Positions 1 to 9,104 of a stretch of DNA of 64,000 bases are shown here, in pieces. A program made the translations under genes and the position numbers. The notes beneath the pieces are model-generated. The model was not told where the DNA came from, searched no databases, and saw only the letters and a list, made by a program, of their open reading frames with translations. This DNA comes from a virus. The stretch's first letter is position 1, and each line of letters opens with the position of its first letter. The stretch covers positions 23,305-87,304 of IMG/VR virus record IMGVR_UViG_3300046727_000675; one strand, written 5' to 3'.

Positions 1-2
1 CG

Positions 3-527
3 AAGAAGCGCTGCCGGGACTTCGGGGAACGCGTCAAGTTTATCTGCGACGACGCCCAGAACTGGGTGCCGTGGCTGAACAACCCGCACTACGACCTGGC
101 GTACTCGTTCGGGGTTATTCACCACGTGGAACACCCGAAGACGGTTCTCGAGGCGATGCGCTCGGCGCTGAAGCCTGGCGGCGAACTGCGAGTCATGCTC
201 TACGCGCGGCGCAGCCTGAAGTTCCTGCTCGGCGAGCGGCCGGAGGCGCAGGCCGGGTGCCCGATCGTGAACTGGTACTCGGAGCGCGAGGCGCGGCGCC
301 TGGTCGAGTCCGCGGGCTTCGAGATCATGAGCGTCGAGAAGACGCACATCTTCCCGTGGCGCGTCAAGGACTACGTGAACCACAGGTACGTAATGAGGTG
401 GCCGTACCGGCTGATGAGCGAGGGGCTCTTCCGCTGGCTCGAGCGGCGCGCGGGGCACCACCTGCTGGTCATCGCGCGCAAGAAGATGGAGATCAAGTTC
501 AAGGACTCGATCGAGGTGAACTATTGA
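3..527 (+). CDS. Class I SAM-dependent methyltransferase (5' end outside window)
   Basis: Frame is open from the window start (KKRCRDFGERVKFICDDAQ...YDLAYSFGVIHH...LKPGGELRVMLY). These are typical Methyltransf_11-like post-motif segments. Confidence 0.85.
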   Translation, partial: KKRCRDFGERVKFICDDAQNWVPWLNNPHYDLAYSFGVIHHVEHPKTVLEAMRSALKPGGELRVMLYARRSLKFLLGERPEAQAGCPIVNWYSEREARRLVESAGFEIMSVEKTHIFPWRVKDYVNHRYVMRWPYRLMSEGLFRWLERRAGHHLLVIARKKMEIKFKDSIEVNY

Positions 528-868
528 GGCTGACGGAGCTCGAGCCGAAGTTCCTGAAGGTCACCGTGCCGAACAAGGAGTACGCCTACGTCGAGACCAT
601 CGCGGAGGCGGACGGGGTAGACTTCCTCTGCCCCGAGTGCTTCCGCAGGCGCGGCGAGGCCCGCGGCGTCCATGGGGTCATCTGCTGGCGGCCGGCGGTG
701 CCGTTGACGGAGAACATCGGCCCGGGGCGGTGGGAGCTGACGGGAAACAACTTTGAGGACCTGACGCTGGTCGCCGGGTCGAGTTCGGTGAAGCTGACGG
801 GCGGCTGCAACGCGCACTTTCTAATCGCGAATGGGGAGATCCAGTTCTGTGACGACTCAGGAAAATAG
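524..868 (+). CDS. Small Cys/His protein, DUF6527-like
   Basis: TTG start overlaps the upstream stop. FLCPEC ... GCNAHFLIANGEIQF resembles DUF6527 (recalled). Confidence 0.55.
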   Translation: MRLTELEPKFLKVTVPNKEYAYVETIAEADGVDFLCPECFRRRGEARGVHGVICWRPAVPLTENIGPGRWELTGNNFEDLTLVAGSSSVKLTGGCNAHFLIANGEIQFCDDSGK

Positions 869-2129
869 CTTCGGGCGGGGGATCGCGGTCTGCGGGCTCG
901 GCCGCCTGGGCGCGCCGGTGGCGGCGGCGTTCGCCGCGTCGGACGTGCCGGTGATCGGGCTCGACGTGGACGAGGCGAAGGTCCGCCACGTCAACGAGCG
1001 GCGCGCGCCGACGGTCGAGCCGGACCTGCAGGCCTACCTGGACCTGTTCCAGGTTCGCAACAACCTACGGGCGACCGCGGACCCGGCGATGGCCGTGGCG
1101 TCGTCGGACGCCTGCATCTTCGTGACGCCGACTCCGTCGCTTGACGACGGGAACTTCAACCACGACCTTCTGCTCGCGGCGGTCGAGTCGATCGCGCAGC
1201 AGGTGCGGAACCAGAAGCGCCGCAACTATCTGTTCATCGTCAGCTCCACCGTGGCCCCGAAGACGATGCAGAAGCGCGTGCGCCCCGTGATCGAGCGCCA
1301 CCTCGGACGCGTCCCGTTCCTCCTGGCCTACAAGCCGGAGTTCATCGCGCTCGGGACGGTGCTGCGCGACCTGCACTACGCCGACGTGATGCTGATCGGC
1401 GAGGACTCGGAGGAGGCGGGCGACCGGGTCGAGGGGCTCTACCGGCTGATGGCGCTCGGCCCCGTGAACGTGCGGCGCATGAGCCTGGTCGAGGCCGAGC
1501 TGGCGAAGATCAGCCTCAACTGCGCGGTCACGATGAAGATCAGCTTCGCGAACCAGGTCGGGCTCGTCGCGCGGCGGCTCGGCGCGGATCCACACCGGGT
1601 GCTCGCCGCCGTGGCCTGCGACAAGCGGATCGGACCCGGCGCGCTGCGCGCGGGGCTGCCGTACGGCGGACCGTGCTTTCCGCGCGACAACCGGATGTTC
1701 CGCTTCGTCGCGGCGACCTACGGGGTGCAGGTTCCGCTCGCGATCGCGACGGACGTGGTGAACAAGATGGTGCTCGATGACATCCTGGAGAATCTGCTCG
1801 GGCGCGGCGGCGCCATCGGCATCCTCGGCCTGGCCTACAAGCCGGGCACGCCGGTGCTCGACGAGTCGCCGGGGCGGTGGTGGCTGCGCGCGCTGACGCA
1901 GAAACACCGGACGGCGCGCGCGCACGACCCCGTGGCGCCCCACCCGCACTCGCTCGAGGACGTGCTGAGCTGCCAGACGGTGGTGGTGGCCACGGCCTGG
2001 CCGGAGTACGAGTCCCTGACTCTGCTGGCCGACGCGGTCCTGATCGACCCGTTCGGCGCCGTGAAGGAAGTGAGACGGCACGCGCGGGCACGAGTCGCGC
2101 CGCAGCCGGTGATGGAGATGGCGGAATGA
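849..2129 (+). CDS. UDP-glucose/GDP-mannose dehydrogenase family protein
   Basis: GLGRLG Rossmann motif, SSTVAP, KPEF, K-ISFAN, catalytic GGPCFPRD and C-terminal LGLAYKPGT...ESP. Start is GTG 849 or ATG 831. Confidence 0.92.
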   Translation: MTTQENSFGRGIAVCGLGRLGAPVAAAFAASDVPVIGLDVDEAKVRHVNERRAPTVEPDLQAYLDLFQVRNNLRATADPAMAVASSDACIFVTPTPSLDDGNFNHDLLLAAVESIAQQVRNQKRRNYLFIVSSTVAPKTMQKRVRPVIERHLGRVPFLLAYKPEFIALGTVLRDLHYADVMLIGEDSEEAGDRVEGLYRLMALGPVNVRRMSLVEAELAKISLNCAVTMKISFANQVGLVARRLGADPHRVLAAVACDKRIGPGALRAGLPYGGPCFPRDNRMFRFVAATYGVQVPLAIATDVVNKMVLDDILENLLGRGGAIGILGLAYKPGTPVLDESPGRWWLRALTQKHRTARAHDPVAPHPHSLEDVLSCQTVVVATAWPEYESLTLLADAVLIDPFGAVKEVRRHARARVAPQPVMEMAE

Positions 2130-2908
2130 GCATCAAGGGAAAGAGCCTGCACCTGCTGACGCCCATGTATGGCGGGGTCAACACGGTGAACTATTTCGAC
2201 GCGTTCCAGAAGCTGGTGATCGCGGTGCAGAAGTACGGCATCCCGTTCTGGTACTCGAACATCTGGAACGAGTCGCTGGTCACCCGCGCGCGGAACAAGC
2301 TCGCCGACACGTACCTGAAGGAGGGCGAGGCGACGCACGCCGTGTACATCGACGCGGACATCGGGTTCGACGCGGACGAGCTGCTGTCGATGCTCGAGCG
2401 CGAGGACGAGGACATCATCGTCGCGCCGTGCTCGAAGAAGAGCGTGCGCTGGGACCGGGTGCAGCGCATGATCCGGAAGAACCCGGGGCGCGAGTACACG
2501 GGCGAGGAGCTCCGCCGCGCCGGCGGCGACCTGGTCTTCAACTTCGAGGCGTTCGAGGGAGAGCGCACCTGGGACCTGCAGAAGATGTGGGACCTTCGCA
2601 ACGGCGGCACGGGCATCATGATGATCCGCCGAGGAGTGTTCGAGAAGTTTAAGCAGGAGTACCCCGACCGGTGGTACGAGCCGCGGTCGGACGACACGGT
2701 GCTCCCGGGGCCGATCCACGACTTCTTCCGCGCGGGCATCAACCCGGACACGCGCGAGTACGACTCGGAGGACTACTGCTTCTGCATCGACTGCAAGCGG
2801 ATCGGCTTCAGCGTCCGTCTGTGCCCGTGGGTGCGGACGACGCACATGGGGTCGAACCTGTTCTACGGCGACCTGCCGGCGGTCTCGAAGCTGGCGGGGG
2901 AGCTGTGA
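2126..2908 (+). CDS. GT-A-like glycosyltransferase
   Basis: TPMYGG, ESLVTRARN, YIDADIGF (DxD), GTGIMMIRR, SEDYCFC and a C-terminal THMG match the phage glycosyltransferase-like pattern. Confidence 0.75.
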   Translation: MSIKGKSLHLLTPMYGGVNTVNYFDAFQKLVIAVQKYGIPFWYSNIWNESLVTRARNKLADTYLKEGEATHAVYIDADIGFDADELLSMLEREDEDIIVAPCSKKSVRWDRVQRMIRKNPGREYTGEELRRAGGDLVFNFEAFEGERTWDLQKMWDLRNGGTGIMMIRRGVFEKFKQEYPDRWYEPRSDDTVLPGPIHDFFRAGINPDTREYDSEDYCFCIDCKRIGFSVRLCPWVRTTHMGSNLFYGDLPAVSKLAGEL

Positions 2909-2974
2909 TGAGCTCGCAGAATTTTTCGCGGCACGAGCGCGGAGTTTAGGAAGATTGACCCAGGAGGAACGACC

Positions 2975-3697
2975 ATGAACGCAGAACCGATCTTCACCGA
3001 CGACCGAGGGAGGCCGATCAAGGAACCTCGCAAGACGCTGCGGGCGAAATTCAGCGGGCTGAATCCAACGCAGAAGGCGTTCGTCGGAATGGTGATCTTG
3101 TTCCTCACCGCGCCGATTCTGATGGCGGCGGTGACGCAGATCGACCTGTCCACGCAGGCCAAGGGGACGCTGGCGACCAGCAACGGAGGCACGGGCACCA
3201 CGTCGACGCTCTCGGGCGTCGTGCGCGGCGGCAGCGCGTATACCGCGGCCGAGCTCTCGGGCGACGCCACCACCTCCGGGTCCAACGCCGTGACCGTGGT
3301 GAAGGTGAACGGAACGACCGTCCCGACCAACGCGGCCGCCGACCAGGTCATCCGCACCACCTCCTCCGGCGTCGCGACCTGGGGAACCCTCGCCGACACC
3401 TCCGCGGGCGGGCTGGCCGAGACGTACAACACCTCCACCCACGCGTTCGGCACCATCTCGGTCTTGTCGGGGTCGTTCGCGGACAATGAGACTCCGTCCG
3501 GCACGATCGACGGGTCCAACACCGTGTTCACGCTGGCGCACACGCCCAGCCCGGCCGCGTCGCTCACTTGCATGAAGAACGGCCAGTGGCAGATCGCGGG
3601 CGGCGCGGACTTCACGCTCGCCACCGCGACGATCACCTACACGGCGGGCGGCAAGCCGCTGACGGGCGACGCGATCCGCTGCAATTACCGGTTCTAG
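2975..3697 (+). CDS. Thr/Gly-rich virion structural protein with a C-terminal beta-sandwich domain
   Basis: Strong RBS (AGGAGG). Contains NGGTG and LSGDATTSG fibre-type motifs and a C-terminal SGTIDGSNTVFTL...NGQWQ...DFTL domain. Confidence 0.65.
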   Translation: MNAEPIFTDDRGRPIKEPRKTLRAKFSGLNPTQKAFVGMVILFLTAPILMAAVTQIDLSTQAKGTLATSNGGTGTTSTLSGVVRGGSAYTAAELSGDATTSGSNAVTVVKVNGTTVPTNAAADQVIRTTSSGVATWGTLADTSAGGLAETYNTSTHAFGTISVLSGSFADNETPSGTIDGSNTVFTLAHTPSPAASLTCMKNGQWQIAGGADFTLATATITYTAGGKPLTGDAIRCNYRF

Positions 3698-3709
3698 CGA
3701 TTTCGAGCG

Positions 3710-4744
3710 ATGAAGAAGACACCCAAACTCGTCCTATACCTGACGTCGATCCTGACGCTGGTGTTCTGCGCCGCCGCGACCACGCTGATCGACGCGGCGC
3801 ACCAGCTGACGGGGACCGTCGGCGTCGCCAACGGCGGCACCGGCCTCGCCACGCTCACGGCGAACCAAATCTACAAGGGCAACGGCACCTCGGCGATCGC
3901 GGTCACGACGTGCGACGACGGCGGGACCACGGCGAACACGCTGACCTGCACGGACACGGCGGGGATAGTCGCGCCCTCGTTCGCCCCGTCGGGAACCACG
4001 GCGACGTTCATGGACTTCGCGCAGGGATCGGATTCCTCCGCGGCGGCGCTGTGCGCGACGGCGAACAGCATCTGCTTCCAAGGTCCGACGAGCGTCACGA
4101 AGCAGCTTCGCACGTGGGCGGGCACCCCGGCGACGGGGATCGAGCATTGGACGAACACGAGCGGCTCGATGCCTGAGACCATCAGCGCCGTGGACCTGGC
4201 CAGCGCCGACGTGACAGGGATACTCCCCGCGGCCAACGGGGGCGTGGGCACCCAGCTTACGATGTCGACGATCCCGTTCTACGCCCAGTCCAGCACGCAG
4301 GCTTACTCTTCGCTGACCACCCGGGAGGCCTACTACTTCGAGGTCACCAAGCCGATCACCGTCAACAAGATGTACTGGTGGATCTCGACGAATACCACGA
4401 CGGGCACGGTCAAGAACTGCGTCTACACCGCGAACGGGGCGACGAAGGTCATCGACGTCACCACGACGCCGACCGGAAGCACGGGGGTGCAGACCGCGAC
4501 CGTGTCCGCGGTCTTATTGAACCCCGGCGGATATTACATGGTCCTCGGGTGCGCTACCACCTGCAGCCACACGGCGGTGGCCGCGCCGGTCGAGGCGACG
4601 AGCACGATGTACGGCGCGGGCACGCCGGCCGGGAAGACGGTTTGGCACGGGACGGTCAGCCACACTAGCGGGACGTGCAACACCACGCTGGGCACGGTAA
4701 CGGGCGCCGTCGACAAGACGATAGGATTCAGACTGGACAACTGA
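3710..4744 (+). CDS. Thr-rich fibre/decoration protein
   Basis: VANGGTG and DVTGILPAANGG fibre-type repeats with a hydrophobic N-terminus. Confidence 0.6.
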   Translation: MKKTPKLVLYLTSILTLVFCAAATTLIDAAHQLTGTVGVANGGTGLATLTANQIYKGNGTSAIAVTTCDDGGTTANTLTCTDTAGIVAPSFAPSGTTATFMDFAQGSDSSAAALCATANSICFQGPTSVTKQLRTWAGTPATGIEHWTNTSGSMPETISAVDLASADVTGILPAANGGVGTQLTMSTIPFYAQSSTQAYSSLTTREAYYFEVTKPITVNKMYWWISTNTTTGTVKNCVYTANGATKVIDVTTTPTGSTGVQTATVSAVLLNPGGYYMVLGCATTCSHTAVAAPVEATSTMYGAGTPAGKTVWHGTVSHTSGTCNTTLGTVTGAVDKTIGFRLDN

Positions 4745-4745
4745 G

Positions 4746-5492
4746 ATGAGAGAACTTCTAGCGATTGTCATGTGCCTCGCCGCGGTTCTTCCGCAGGGCA
4801 TCGGCGGCAAGGCCGGCGGGATGGGCGGCAAGGCCGGCGGCGTCGGGGGCGGAAGCAACTGGCACGTCGTCAATTACTGCGACAACATCGGCGGGGTCGT
4901 CGGGACCTGCACGGTCGGGACCTGCACCACCAGCACGTGCACCTTGACCGTCGCGGCGATCAAAGCCGGGGACCTGGTCTTCACGGCGCTGGTGAGCGGC
5001 GTCGTGAGCAACACGATTTCGACCGACGTGATTTCGGGGGAGAGCTTCTCGAACTGCGCGGCGGGGTTCCAGGTCAGCCTGGCCGGAACCGGAAGCAACG
5101 ACTGCCGCTACGTCCTCGCGGCGGCGGGCGGGGGAACGTCCGTGACGATGACGCCGACCACGACCGGCGGCGGCGGAAACGTCTACGCGATCGTCGAGGT
5201 CGGCCCGGTCGTCGGCCATGTCCCCTCCGTCGACGGCTCCCCGGTGAGCACGACGAACGCGTCGTGCTCGTCGTGCGTCACGGCCACGTTCACGCCCTCG
5301 GCGAACGACGTCGTGTTCCAGGTGATCGGGTCCAGCCAGACCCCGACGGCGATCTCCGGGGCATATCTGAATCCGGACGGCGTCACCGGCAGCATCATGG
5401 GGATCGGCGCGAACCTGACGGCGGCGCAGGCGCCGACCTGGACGGTGTCTCCCTCGGGAGGCGCCGTCATGTCAACGATAGGATTCAAATGA
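4746..5492 (+). CDS. Gly/Thr-rich structural or exported protein
   Basis: Signal-like N-terminus, GGKAGG repeats, beta-rich body. Confidence 0.55.
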   Translation: MRELLAIVMCLAAVLPQGIGGKAGGMGGKAGGVGGGSNWHVVNYCDNIGGVVGTCTVGTCTTSTCTLTVAAIKAGDLVFTALVSGVVSNTISTDVISGESFSNCAAGFQVSLAGTGSNDCRYVLAAAGGGTSVTMTPTTTGGGGNVYAIVEVGPVVGHVPSVDGSPVSTTNASCSSCVTATFTPSANDVVFQVIGSSQTPTAISGAYLNPDGVTGSIMGIGANLTAAQAPTWTVSPSGGAVMSTIGFK

Positions 5493-5860
5493 GCGGGCGG
5501 TCCAAGTACTCTTGGTGGAGGTCGAAAGTGCGGCAGCGCGCCCGGCTTCGCAAGCGCGAAGTCCAGCTGGACGCCGAAATTTTTAAGCTCTGCATGGAGA
5601 TCCAGAGCGAATTGTTCGGCGCGGCGGTGTCTCTCCTGAGCCCCGCCGAGTTCAGGGTCTACGAGCTGGTCCGCGTCGGCCGCGCGAACAAGGAGATCGG
5701 CAGCGCCCTGAACATCTCGGAGCGCACCGTAAAGTTCCACGTCTCCGCCATGCTGGCCAAGTTCGGGGTGGCCAAACGCCAAGAGCTGCAGAGGAACGAG
5801 ATAGTCTCGATCTCGTCGATGGAAAACGTGGTTCCGATTCAGGGGAAAAAAGCAGGCTAA
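5489..5860 (+). CDS. LuxR/NarL-type HTH transcription regulator (no receiver domain)
   Basis: LSPAEFRVYELVRVGRANKEIGSALNISERTVKFHVSAMLAKFGV is a canonical GerE/LuxR HTH. ATG overlaps the upstream stop. Confidence 0.9.
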   Translation: MSGRSKYSWWRSKVRQRARLRKREVQLDAEIFKLCMEIQSELFGAAVSLLSPAEFRVYELVRVGRANKEIGSALNISERTVKFHVSAMLAKFGVAKRQELQRNEIVSISSMENVVPIQGKKAG

Positions 5861-5882
5861 ATCGAAGTCCAAGGAGAAAAAC

Positions 5883-6422
5883 ATGAAGACAACGTTGAAG
5901 ATTTGCATCGCACTGGTTCTTGTGGCCTGCGCGACGGCGGCGCAGGCCGCCCCGAGGCTGACGGGGCTTCCGCTCGCGCGAAGGGAAGCGCTCGCCGTCC
6001 CGAGCTTGAAGGGCGTCGTGCCGGTCGCAGCCGAACGGCCGGTTCTGAGCCTGAAAACGGCGGAACCTCCGGCCGGCGCGTGCCCCGGCTCCGCCGTGCA
6101 CTGCGTCATCTCGACGTGGACGGCCTCGAGCGACGGCGCGGCGAACCCGACGCTCGCCTACAACTTCTACCTCTGGCCGGTAGGCGGAACGGCGCCGGTC
6201 TGCACGGCGACGGGTCCGTGCACGGGCGCCGCGCCCGTGAACGCGGCCCCGGTCGCCGCGGGGTGCTCGGCCGCGTGCGGGTTCACGGATACGGCGGTCG
6301 TTCCGGGCAAGTTCAACGCCGCGGTGACGGCGATCCTCAACGGCGTCGAGTCTTTTCTCTCGAACGTGATCTTCGTCACGATCGCCCCAGCGGCCCCGGT
6401 GCTGAGCGGATCGGGGCAGTAG
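5883..6422 (+). CDS. Signal-peptide protein with Fn3-like Cys-rich domain
   Basis: RBS AAGGAG, AQA cleavage-like site, and WTAS...YNFY...FTDT...GVES..SN pattern. Confidence 0.6.
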   Translation: MKTTLKICIALVLVACATAAQAAPRLTGLPLARREALAVPSLKGVVPVAAERPVLSLKTAEPPAGACPGSAVHCVISTWTASSDGAANPTLAYNFYLWPVGGTAPVCTATGPCTGAAPVNAAPVAAGCSAACGFTDTAVVPGKFNAAVTAILNGVESFLSNVIFVTIAPAAPVLSGSGQ

Positions 6423-6423
6423 C

Positions 6424-6843
6424 GTGGATCCCCGCGGCGAGCGGTACGTGGACAGGCATCCGGAGGCGGAGCACTCGCCGGACGTCGCGGCCGTGATGCT
6501 CCGCGGCGAGCCGCGCTGGAACGTCATCGTCTTTCTGTTCGTCGTCCTGGCGGCCGCGATCGCGCTGGCCGCCTTCGGGTGCGGGAACCAGCCGCCGCCG
6601 GTCGTGACGGTCCACGGCGCGAGCCTGACGTGGACCGACGCCGACGCGGCGAGCGTGAGCGGCTACAACGTCTACCGCAGCGCGGCGAGTGGCGGGCCTT
6701 ATTCGCTGCTGGGCTCGACCTCCGCGCTGAAGTACCTGGACGCGTCCGCTCCGGCGGGGTCGACGTTCTTCTACATCGTGACATCGGTCGAGGCGGGCGC
6801 GGAGAGCGCGCGCTCGAACGAGGTCAGCGTGACGGTACCATAG
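6424..6843 (+). CDS. Putative lipoprotein with fibronectin type III domain
   Basis: Hydrophobic stretch ending in AFGC (lipobox-like), followed by LTWT..VSGYNVYRS..GGPY..YLD..FYIVT..ES..SNE. Confidence 0.7.
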   Translation: MDPRGERYVDRHPEAEHSPDVAAVMLRGEPRWNVIVFLFVVLAAAIALAAFGCGNQPPPVVTVHGASLTWTDADAASVSGYNVYRSAASGGPYSLLGSTSALKYLDASAPAGSTFFYIVTSVEAGAESARSNEVSVTVP

Positions 6844-6853
6844 GAGAAAAAGC

Positions 6854-7978
6854 GTGACGCCGATCCTAGACCAGTTCACCGGGGACGGAACCACCCAGAT
6901 CTTCGCGCTGACGCGCGCGCCCCGCCCCGGCGCGCCCGTGCTCGTGTGGTGGAACGGCCTCCTGCAGTCGACGCCGGCCGACTACGTCGTCGCGGGGCAG
7001 GCCGTCGCGCTGACGCTGGTCCCCGCGCTCGGCGACCCGGTGCAGGTCGAGTACTACCCGGCCGTCACGGCGTCGGGCACGTTCGCCGCGCCGGTCGATC
7101 TCACGAGCCTCGACGCGGTGAAGCAGCGCGCCGAGCTCGACCCGAAGAAGGCCTACGACGACGACGTGGAGATCCAGGCCGCGATCACGGGGTTCAGCCG
7201 GTACGTGCTGAACAAGTCCGGCGTCGCGACCCTGAACTCGGTCGCGTCGCTGCTCGAGACCTACGACGGGAACGGCAACGAGCGGCTGTTCCTGCGCTCG
7301 CGGCCGATCCTGACCCTCTCGCCCGTCACCGTCAGCGGCGTCACGATCCCCGTGTCCACGGGCTTCGGGGTCTGGGGCGTGTTCGTCGAGGACTCGAAGA
7401 AGTCGATCGCGATGCGCTCCGGGCCGGCCGGCGGCACGCGGTTCCAGGGCGGCTGGGTCGCGCCCGGGGCCTATGGCGGGTGGGGCGGGAAGGTGCGCGG
7501 CCCGAACTTCCTGCTCGGGACCGGCAACGTCCAGGTGCCTTACACGGCGGGATACCCGCCGCAGCCCGTCGAGAACGAGCCGCAGACGGTCGCGGACCAG
7601 ACGATCGTCCTCGCCGAGTCTCCGTGGGTCGCGGATGGCGGAGTGGTCTACGCGTCGAACCTCGTCCCGCTCGCCGCGGTGGCGGGCTCTCCCGCCGCGG
7701 GCCAGTACGTCGTGGCGGACGGGCTCTACGCGTTCAACGCCGCGGACAACGGGCAGAAGATCTTCGTCTCCTACTCGGTGGCGCGCGCGCCGGAGGACCT
7801 CGAGTACGCGGCGCGCTGCGCGTGCGCGATCAACTACAAGCGCAAGAGCTGGCAGGATCAGGCGAGCCGCACCGTGTCGAGCGCGGGGAGCTCCGCGACG
7901 ACGCGGTACCGCGACTGGGAGTGGCCGCCCGAGGTCCAGTGCGTGATCGACTACTACATCCGGAGGAGCGTCACGTGA
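6854..7978 (+). CDS. Head-tail adaptor/connector protein with inserted beta-sandwich domains
   Basis: DLTSLDAVK, ETYDGNG, GNVQVPYTAGY and PEDLEYA are gp6/gp15-type connector motifs. Sits ahead of the neck genes. Confidence 0.7.
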   Translation: MTPILDQFTGDGTTQIFALTRAPRPGAPVLVWWNGLLQSTPADYVVAGQAVALTLVPALGDPVQVEYYPAVTASGTFAAPVDLTSLDAVKQRAELDPKKAYDDDVEIQAAITGFSRYVLNKSGVATLNSVASLLETYDGNGNERLFLRSRPILTLSPVTVSGVTIPVSTGFGVWGVFVEDSKKSIAMRSGPAGGTRFQGGWVAPGAYGGWGGKVRGPNFLLGTGNVQVPYTAGYPPQPVENEPQTVADQTIVLAESPWVADGGVVYASNLVPLAAVAGSPAAGQYVVADGLYAFNAADNGQKIFVSYSVARAPEDLEYAARCACAINYKRKSWQDQASRTVSSAGSSATTRYRDWEWPPEVQCVIDYYIRRSVT

Positions 7979-8565
7979 TCCAGCTTTCGTTCAACGGCAC
8001 GGACAAGCGCGTGGAGCTGGCGATCCGGGAGAAGGGGCCGGCGGTGCGCGCGGAGCTCAATGCCGAGATGGGGCGCATGATGCTCGAGCTCCTGCGCCGC
8101 GTGCAACAGAAGCTGTCGGGCGAGGTGCTACACGTGAGGAGCGGGAAGCTCCTCGGATCGGCCCACGTCGAGCCGACCGTGTCCACCGCGACGTCGATCG
8201 TCGGCCGCGTCACGGCGGCCGCCGGGCCGGCGTTCTACGGGAAGTTCCACGAGAACGGCGGCACGCGCTGGTACGACATCGTGCCGGTGAACAAGAAGGC
8301 GCTGGCGTTCTTCCCGGGCGGGTCGTTCGGCGCGGGGTTCGGGCAGACCGGGATCCGCCAGCTGCGCTTCGTGCAGGGGAAGAACCGCGGCTCGCTGCGG
8401 CCGGGGCAGTACGACGCGTTCGCGAAGGCCGGCGGGATCGTGGTGATGAAGGTGCACCACCCGCCGCTGCCGGTGCGGAGCTTCATGCGCTCGTCGCTCG
8501 CCGAGCTGCGGGACAGGATCACGCGGCAGCTGCACGCGGCCGCCGCGCGCGGGGTGAGGAGCTAG
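7975..8565 (+). CDS. Neck/virion morphogenesis protein (HK97 gp10-like)
   Basis: KLSGEVLHVRSGKL, YGKFHENGG and PVRSFMRSSL motifs. GTG overlaps the upstream stop. Confidence 0.7.
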   Translation: MIQLSFNGTDKRVELAIREKGPAVRAELNAEMGRMMLELLRRVQQKLSGEVLHVRSGKLLGSAHVEPTVSTATSIVGRVTAAAGPAFYGKFHENGGTRWYDIVPVNKKALAFFPGGSFGAGFGQTGIRQLRFVQGKNRGSLRPGQYDAFAKAGGIVVMKVHHPPLPVRSFMRSSLAELRDRITRQLHAAAARGVRS

Positions 8566-9066
8566 ATGCCGGCGATCGTGAAATACGACGACCCGACGTA
8601 CCTGGAGGCCGTGTACGCGGCGCTGTTCGCGAAGCTGCAGACGGCGGCGCTCCCGGCGGGGTTCCAGTTCCAGTCGGCGCTGCGCGTCAGCGTCTGCCCT
8701 GACGAGGTCCCCGCGGCGGAGCAGCCCGCGCTGCGGCTCGCGCCGGGTCCGCTGCACGTCGAGCAGAAGAGCGTGATGGGGCCGACGAAGTGGGTGTTCA
8801 CGGCGATGGCGGTCGTCTACATCCGCGCCGACGGCGCGGCCGCGGCGACGGGGCAGCAGAACCCGCTGCCGGCGACGATCGTCAACTACTTCGTCTGGGC
8901 GCTGACCCAGGCGCTGGCCGGCGGCGACGCCTACAACGCGACGAAGCAGACGCTGGGCGGGCTCGTCGAGAACTGCTGGGCCGAGGGGGAGATCACTCCG
9001 GAGACCGAGGGCGAGCAGATCGTGTTCGGGGTGCCGATCCTGATGCTGCCGGGGCCGGTGGCGTGA
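8566..9066 (+). CDS. Tail terminator/completion protein
   Basis: Position directly before the tail tube gene; QTLGGLVENCW motif. Confidence 0.6.
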   Translation: MPAIVKYDDPTYLEAVYAALFAKLQTAALPAGFQFQSALRVSVCPDEVPAAEQPALRLAPGPLHVEQKSVMGPTKWVFTAMAVVYIRADGAAAATGQQNPLPATIVNYFVWALTQALAGGDAYNATKQTLGGLVENCWAEGEITPETEGEQIVFGVPILMLPGPVA

Positions 9067-9104
9067 GAGTTTATCGGATGTTAATGTTTTAGGAGGTTTA
9101 CTCA

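Noticed and set aside
71-523. 5' part of the 265-aa ORF 71-868
   Set aside because: Overlaps the methyltransferase frame; only 524-868 looks coding.
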